Position numbers and translations under genes: made by a program. DNA of 64,000 nucleotides from an uncultured bacterium (GTDB taxonomy: Bacteria > Zixibacteria > MSB-5A5 > UBA10806), in the NCBI GenBank assembly GCA_965541585.1, contig CBEUCH010000001.1:320001-384000 (forward strand), given 5' to 3'. The notes below the pieces were generated by a model that made no database searches, had not been told where the DNA came from, and saw nothing but the letters and a program-made list of their open reading frames with translations. This document shows positions 58,329 through 64,000 of the stretch, in pieces. Numbering within the stretch: position 1 is the first letter of the stretch; each line of letters begins with the position of its first letter.

Positions 58329-59140
58329 CTGGTATCCCTCCCGTCAGTATAGGCTTTGGGATTGAGGGAGACATACCGGCATTGCGGATCGGTGCCTTTC
58401 TCTGGAAGCAATATTCTCACCTTCTTGGACGCCATTATTTTGGATATCTCGCTTTCGGGATCGTTCAGATCTCCGACGATCCTTGCGTTCCCCTGGCATG
58501 TATTAACGCATGCCGGGACCAATCCCGCCTCCAGTCTGTGGACGCACAGAGTACATTTATCAGCGGGATGCTCAGCAACAGCGTCTGAAGAGGTGGTTTT
58601 CTTCATGGGATTGAGAAAGCGGACGTTATAGGGACAAAGATCGACACAGGCACCGCATCCGACGCAACGATCCTCGTCGACGAGGACAACGCCGTCCGGA
58701 CGCTGAAAGGTAGCCTTTTTCATGTATTTCTCTTCCGTATTATCGGGCCAGGTAAATTTGGCCTCGATCTCCTCGACCGGGCAATCACGTATGCAAATCG
58801 GCTTGCTGCAGTGATTGCAAAGCCATGGAAGGAAAGAACGCTTAACATTGGGATAAGAACCCTCGTCCAATTCCTTTACGCTTGAACGAAACACTCCCAG
58901 CGGCACACCGAATTCCGTTTTACAGGCCACGGAACAGGCTTTGCATCCAATGCACTTATCGAGGTCGATAAGAAAGCCCCATCGATGATTTTTGTCGCCG
59001 GCAATTGCCCGGGTCACGCCTTTCGACCCCAGCGGCGCCGCGGCTATGATTGCTATTACCCCCGCTGTTTTCCCGGCATCCTTTATGAATTTTCGCCGGC
59101 TATGACCTTCCCGTCCCCGCTCACAGATCTCTTCAGCCAT
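58325..59140 (-). CDS. Four-cluster Fe-S subunit (DmsB/TtrB/NrfC-like) with its own Tat signal
   Basis: SRRKFIK; CIGCKACSVAC, CNHC...C...CP, CVGCGACVDLCP, CTLC...PACVNTC; GGAG before ATG 59140. Confidence 0.9.
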   Translation of the reverse strand: MAEEICERGREGHSRRKFIKDAGKTAGVIAIIAAAPLGSKGVTRAIAGDKNHRWGFLIDLDKCIGCKACSVACKTEFGVPLGVFRSSVKELDEGSYPNVKRSFLPWLCNHCSKPICIRDCPVEEIEAKFTWPDNTEEKYMKKATFQRPDGVVLVDEDRCVGCGACVDLCPYNVRFLNPMKKTTSSDAVAEHPADKCTLCVHRLEAGLVPACVNTCQGNARIVGDLNDPESEISKIMASKKVRILLPEKGTDPQCRYVSLNPKAYTDGRDTR

Positions 59141-59248
59141 AATACACTCCAAAGCTAAATCTTCGTATCCAACTCACCAATTACAACTTTTTAGGATTCA
59201 AACCTCCAGGAATAATTTTTTTTGCTCAATCATACTTAGTATTCCTCA

Positions 59249-60391
59249 TCAAATTTCAAGTTTCGCCGCCACCATAATTCGCAGGTTTCGGAATGTATCG
59301 GGCAAACCGCGATCATACGCAGTCTGAGCGAACTGCACCTCGAGGCTATATATCAACGATGGCGTTGGCTTCCAAAACATATTTCCACCCAATGTAAGAT
59401 TCTGCCTGTAGGTCAAAGGTACATTATCCGGAAGATTTTCGGGATCATCGATGCCCGAGAACAACCCGACATCAACGTCGGTCGAGAGCGGGAAGACTAA
59501 ACTTGCAAATCCACCCCAGGCTCGCACAGGTTGCGGTTTTGAATCCGGATCCAGATACGCAACCTGTCTCACGGCAGAGCCATAACCACCGGCAGATGAG
59601 CCCCAGAGGGCTCCGATCAGGCGGACATCTGACAAGCGATAATCAACGTCGCCGCGTATTATCCAGGAAGTAACGTCCTCATACTCATTGCCTAAAGGAG
59701 GATCATCAAATTGCCATACTCCCCCTGCCCCCGACAGCGAAACAAAACCTCTGTCCAGAGTTCTTTTACAGCGCCATTGAATCCACGGCAAGGTCGGCGA
59801 GGAAACAGAATACCCCACGCCTATAAGCAAGGGAGAAGGGGGCTGCTGGTTCAGCGACAGGGCAAATTCATGGCTATCCCAACTGCGACTGATTCGTACT
59901 TGCGGAAGCCGGTCATGAACGTTTCCCTGCATCCACAACCAATCGTCATTGTTAACGGCAGGGCCATTATCCCCGATAAGAAGCCAGGTTTGACCGGCCA
60001 GAACAGTCCAATCGCCTCTCTGGTGAGATATGTACGCATGACGGAACCGGGGGCGATGGTTATTATGAAAGTCGAACTCTATGCGGCCCTTGGTGATGTC
60101 TCCATCGTTATGCTTTGACATTCCGAGACCAATACGCGTCGCGTCCCAGGACATTTCAGTAATTCTGTTATCCGATTCACCGGACACATAGCCCAGATGT
60201 GTGGATTGCCTCAACTCATTGTCATCAAACGTCCATTGATAATAGACAAACCCGTCAAGCGCCAGAGTCCAGCCATCACCTTCGGCAATTGATACAGCCA
60301 TACCCGGTGTGTGGTGCCCAATTAATAAAAAAGCAACGGCCAGAACGTAGAACATGCGGCACGACAAAAAAGAAATACTAAGGCCAATCAT
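59249..60391 (-). CDS. Outer-membrane porin (DcaP-like)
   Basis: TRIGL, GRIEFDF..RFRHAYI...LAGQTW, R.PQVR; beta-strand pattern. Confidence 0.72.
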   Translation of the reverse strand: MIGLSISFLSCRMFYVLAVAFLLIGHHTPGMAVSIAEGDGWTLALDGFVYYQWTFDDNELRQSTHLGYVSGESDNRITEMSWDATRIGLGMSKHNDGDITKGRIEFDFHNNHRPRFRHAYISHQRGDWTVLAGQTWLLIGDNGPAVNNDDWLWMQGNVHDRLPQVRISRSWDSHEFALSLNQQPPSPLLIGVGYSVSSPTLPWIQWRCKRTLDRGFVSLSGAGGVWQFDDPPLGNEYEDVTSWIIRGDVDYRLSDVRLIGALWGSSAGGYGSAVRQVAYLDPDSKPQPVRAWGGFASLVFPLSTDVDVGLFSGIDDPENLPDNVPLTYRQNLTLGGNMFWKPTPSLIYSLEVQFAQTAYDRGLPDTFRNLRIMVAAKLEI

Positions 60392-60467
60392 CTAGGTTAC
60401 CTGCCTTTGTGTGGATTGAATACTTTCACCAAATCAAACGGTCTACTGCTCGTTTGGGCTCCATCAT

Positions 60468-60599
60468 TCATATTGCGCTCAACAGCCAGAATAAGAAAGC
60501 GAATCCATTGAAGTTCCTGACGGCATCAAGATTCTCGTTCGCTGTTTTCCCGGCATCTCTTATGAATTTCCGCCGGCCGGTTTCAACGGTTTTACTCAT
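60468..60599 (-). pseudogene. 43-aa ORF carrying a Tat-motif fragment duplicated from the Fe-S subunit gene (probable deletion remnant)
   Basis: RBS GGAGG; MSKTVETGRRKFIRDAGKTANENLDAVRNFNGFAFLFWLLSAI; nt 60541-60577 match 59064-59100 at 34/37. Confidence 0.55.
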
Positions 60600-60666
60600 G
60601 AAATTTCCTCCATCATCCCTGAAGGCGGGATAAGATCAGTTTCCGAATTCAGCCTGTCAGGAAGAC

Positions 60667-61821
60667 TCATAGGTTGTACCATAGATGCAGATAGAACGTG
60701 TTGTTGGCGTCGATGTCGCTATCCTCGAAAGATAAAATCTGCACATTGGGTATTATGTGAACCTTTTTCGCAGGCATCCAATCCAATCCGATAATCAGCA
60801 AACCAGCATTCGTCTCCAGCTCGGGATCACCGGTCGGCCTTTCGGCATCGTTGAAGCCGGTCTGGTAAATGTCGTAGCGGGCCAATGCTTTGAGTTTCTT
60901 TTCCACAATGAATACATTGCCAAAACCGGATATGCATGAGGCAGTTATGTCCTCCAGGCTTCCCGGAATTGTCTTGGAATTGTAGTTAACGCCTGCCAGG
61001 AAAAGATCTTTCTTCTGATAGCTACAGAATAGGTCAAACTGTATGTTGTTGTAGCTTGTTGGACTGCCCTGATCATCAAGACCCTTCCACGGCTCGATCT
61101 CGGCATAGGCGGATACATGAACTGCCTTTTCAAGAAAATAGCCGCCCGCCCTCACCTGGAAGTTCTTGTACATATCGTTTTCGGCCTTCTTGTAACCGAC
61201 GCCGTTACGGACCATGAAATTCGCATAGTAGAAACCGTTTGGCTTCCACTTCAAGCCGACCCCCATATCAGCAGAGGAACCCATCTTTGTATTGGCCCCT
61301 GTATCAAAATTACTGTGCTGGTAGCCAAGTTCGGCGGCTCTTGAAGGGTCCGCGGCAGCCCAGGCATCGAGTCGCTGCCCATAGGCGCCTCTGACGCCTC
61401 CCCAGAAATCCCCGAAGGACTCCATGGGGGATTTGCGTATAGCCCTGTATCCCCAGGCCTTCTCCGGCACGTTCCAGTTATTGGTGCCCTGAAGGCCCAT
61501 TAAAGCGTGAAGATTCCACTGGCTGAGATTCCAGTCAAGATACGCATATTTAGTGAAGACTTCGAATTTTCCTCCTCCCGGCTGGTGAGAAATATCCGTA
61601 AGATAGCGGGCTATGAACTCCTCTGAAATCTGATACTTCGCCCCGAAATACATCCGTGAGAAATCAAATTCGTTTTCCTGGCCTGCGCCCGACGTGAAAT
61701 CATGCAGATAATAGAAATACCCTTTTCCCTCAGGAGTCAGGGTTCCCGGATCCTTGCCGGCAAAAGCTGAAGCCGACAATAAGAGCAGGATACAAATCCC
61801 GATCACACCAAATTGTTTCAT
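60667..61821 (-). CDS. Outer-membrane porin-like beta-barrel
   Basis: Signal peptide MKQFGVIGICILLLLSASAFA; FDFSRMYFG, KYAYLDW, SSADMG, ARYD, PNVQ; terminal WYNL. Confidence 0.75.
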   Translation of the reverse strand: MKQFGVIGICILLLLSASAFAGKDPGTLTPEGKGYFYYLHDFTSGAGQENEFDFSRMYFGAKYQISEEFIARYLTDISHQPGGGKFEVFTKYAYLDWNLSQWNLHALMGLQGTNNWNVPEKAWGYRAIRKSPMESFGDFWGGVRGAYGQRLDAWAAADPSRAAELGYQHSNFDTGANTKMGSSADMGVGLKWKPNGFYYANFMVRNGVGYKKAENDMYKNFQVRAGGYFLEKAVHVSAYAEIEPWKGLDDQGSPTSYNNIQFDLFCSYQKKDLFLAGVNYNSKTIPGSLEDITASCISGFGNVFIVEKKLKALARYDIYQTGFNDAERPTGDPELETNAGLLIIGLDWMPAKKVHIIPNVQILSFEDSDIDANNTFYLHLWYNL

Positions 61822-62197
61822 CTTTCTGTTCAATACACTTTCCTTTCCTTTGCTATCATCCTCGTTCTGTTTCAGACAACACAATTCTTAATACACTGAA
61901 CTCTTCTGCCTACCGCATATTTAGAGGAAAACCAAGTTCCATAAATATATAAAATCGATTTTGTGTGGTCTTTTCGTTCAACACCATTTTCCACTTTGCC
62001 ATCATCTTCTCACTACGCCAGACAACACAATACACAAAATACCGAGGCTAAATAACACGTGATGGGAGCAAAGTCAACCCCCGAAACTAAAAATAATCGT
62101 TATTTTTCTTTTTTCCGTCTACGAAACCACCCTTCCTCTAAAACATGGAGCCATATAAAAATGAAGACAGCATGCATGTCAAAAAATACGCAACCGA

Positions 62198-63874
62198 TCA
62201 GTCGTAGCTGACGAACCATTCGGGAGCGAGCCTCCTGGTGGCATTCACAATATCCCGGTCTTCCTCTTTTAAAGCCCCTCGACCGATCAATGTTTCGATA
62301 ATCCTGCCCAGGAGCACCATCCTGTCGCGTATAGGTATCAGAGCCGGATAATACTCATTATTGAACATCAGACGATAGCGTTTGCTGGATTTCTCATCTG
62401 CCAGGATTCCGCCGATAGCCTTATCCAGTTCCGACCCCACTAATCCGGCTAAGGCCTCTTTCGGGGAGAGCATCGCCTGGCGGGTATGCTCTAAGCTTTT
62501 ATAACACCGGAATTTAAACTGCCAGCAATCCATCAGACCCAGCGAATTAATAGTTAGTACGTTGACGGATATTATGTTATCGGAAACGTCTATTCCGACT
62601 CCGGTCATGAATGGCAAGAAATAGTTATCGGTGATGGCGCCAAAAGCGCTGATTCCCCCCTTGAAGGGATCTTCGAGGATGTCAGCGATTGTAAAATATG
62701 GTTTTTGCTCAAAACGGGCGTCCTGGATCAACATATATTCTTCTTCGGTGTAATGAAACCGATCACTCCACAATTGCTCAGCCGTAAGGTTTCCATTTGT
62801 AAGGGATGATTGGCTGGTAAGCATCCCCAATGCCTGGCCGCCTCGCCAGACAAGAGGCAGCACCCCCACAGCCCATTCCGCAGAGCCGCCGATCTCGCCA
62901 ATCATCGACAATAATCCTCGATTATCGGGAAATTCCAGATTCTCTAGACCCAGTAACAGGGCGGGAAATAAGTCGCCATCCTTATCGTATGGAGTTGTCA
63001 CTCCAGCCTTGTTTAATATGTCCATAGCAGGATAGTGTCTTTTGCGATCCAGGAAGTAGGAGCTCAATCGGCCTATATCGGGGAGTCCATAGGAACCGGC
63101 GATGATTTCGGCGGCGTCGGTTAACGTAGCCTCACGAGGATTGAATTCCTCGAAAAATGCGCCCCCCATCCAACGCTGGACATATATGTCCGGCATGTGT
63201 CTTTTCACTCCCGATTCCGTCAGGAATAATGCTGTCAGGCTGGAATGATCCCCATTTATTGATTTTGTTGTCCCGTCGATAACGTCATTACCCATGGAAA
63301 GCAGGGTAATATCTTTGCCCATCGGCAGGCCGTACCGGGCACGGTGTTTGTCCTTGCCGAACAGCGCCCCGACCGCTATGGTGGGATTTCCGCCTGCCTC
63401 TTTGCCGGGTTTAACCCTAACTCCTTCAGTAAGCGTCGATTCTATGAGAACCTCTTCGGGCATCGGAAGAGATTCTGTTGTATTCTGGAGAACCTCTGCC
63501 ATAATCTGAGCCGCTGTCCTGTCGTTTGCTCTTTTATGCTTGTTTTCCAGATCCTTCGTGACCCTATCTTTCGTGACCTTCTTCAGGCTGCCGCGACCAT
63601 TCAGGCCAACAGCCACCGCTGATAACGCCGCCGATAAGATCACCGATTCCCTTAACTGCCTGTTACGAAGCGCACCCAGATTGGACCTGCTATTGGGTCG
63701 GTTAGCCAGATTGCGGATATCGGCTCCTGCAAGAGAAATATCATATTGGGAAAGAACTGCATGGTGACGATGGTTGAATTCGATTATCTGATCGGAATCT
63801 AAAGCGGTAGTTCTCGCGGCTCCATTATATTTCAGACGTTGATCTGCTATATTGAAGCGCATTTCGCCGGTCAT
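62198..63874 (-). CDS. Divergent, extended GlpX-like (class II fructose-1,6-bisphosphatase fold) protein
   Basis: GRG...ANDRTA, TEG, DVIDGTT, MPDIY, LDRKRH, DGDL, GGSAE, AITD, GlpX-like motif order; 558 aa. Confidence 0.65.
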   Translation of the reverse strand: MTGEMRFNIADQRLKYNGAARTTALDSDQIIEFNHRHHAVLSQYDISLAGADIRNLANRPNSRSNLGALRNRQLRESVILSAALSAVAVGLNGRGSLKKVTKDRVTKDLENKHKRANDRTAAQIMAEVLQNTTESLPMPEEVLIESTLTEGVRVKPGKEAGGNPTIAVGALFGKDKHRARYGLPMGKDITLLSMGNDVIDGTTKSINGDHSSLTALFLTESGVKRHMPDIYVQRWMGGAFFEEFNPREATLTDAAEIIAGSYGLPDIGRLSSYFLDRKRHYPAMDILNKAGVTTPYDKDGDLFPALLLGLENLEFPDNRGLLSMIGEIGGSAEWAVGVLPLVWRGGQALGMLTSQSSLTNGNLTAEQLWSDRFHYTEEEYMLIQDARFEQKPYFTIADILEDPFKGGISAFGAITDNYFLPFMTGVGIDVSDNIISVNVLTINSLGLMDCWQFKFRCYKSLEHTRQAMLSPKEALAGLVGSELDKAIGGILADEKSSKRYRLMFNNEYYPALIPIRDRMVLLGRIIETLIGRGALKEEDRDIVNATRRLAPEWFVSYD

Positions 63875-64000
63875 AGAACCTCCATCTTGGGCACAATCTT
63901 CGCTCTCCCGAATTCTCAGGAAGCGTCATGGACAATTCAACCCAAGGTTAACAGATTCTTATCTCATTTTCAAGTTTATAATGACCATGGAAAGACTGTC

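Noticed and set aside
1..64000. CRISPR array or cas genes
   Set aside because: No regularly spaced direct repeats with unique spacers; the repeats found are dispersed palindromes

Overview
Bacterial chromosomal window of about 55 CDSs, probably from an anaerobic FCB-superphylum organism (Zixibacteria-like; an inference from PorV, T9SS/FlgD-type C-terminal domains and multiheme cytochromes). Housekeeping content includes YraN, a PpiD/SurA-type PPIase, glnS, gltX, asnA, tRNA-Gln(CTG) and tRNA-Glu(CTC). Mobile/repeat content is a REP-associated tyrosine transposase (RAYT) with a covarying palindromic REP family plus two other short palindrome types; no CRISPR array or prophage is visible. Anaerobic metabolism includes a HypD-type glycyl radical enzyme with activase, an octaheme Hao-like cytochrome, a heme-porin/cytochrome pair, and a Tat-exported molybdoenzyme locus with porins, no membrane anchor and a Moco riboswitch before moaA-mobB. 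The strongest candidate for an undescribed system is the minus-strand operon at about 38.4-47.8 kb. It encodes an Omp85 barrel, a lipoprotein with a complete atypical kinase active site, an exported metallophosphoesterase, two NTT (ATP/ADP translocase family) transporters (one fused to HEAT repeats) and a cNMP-binding protein, with its own sigma70 promoter, leader ORF and hairpin, and it is bracketed by a PAS-rich histidine kinase/PAP2 pair and a response regulator. It may be an extracytoplasmic phosphorylation system supplied with ATP by NTTs. All calls come from reading motifs; no database searches were run.
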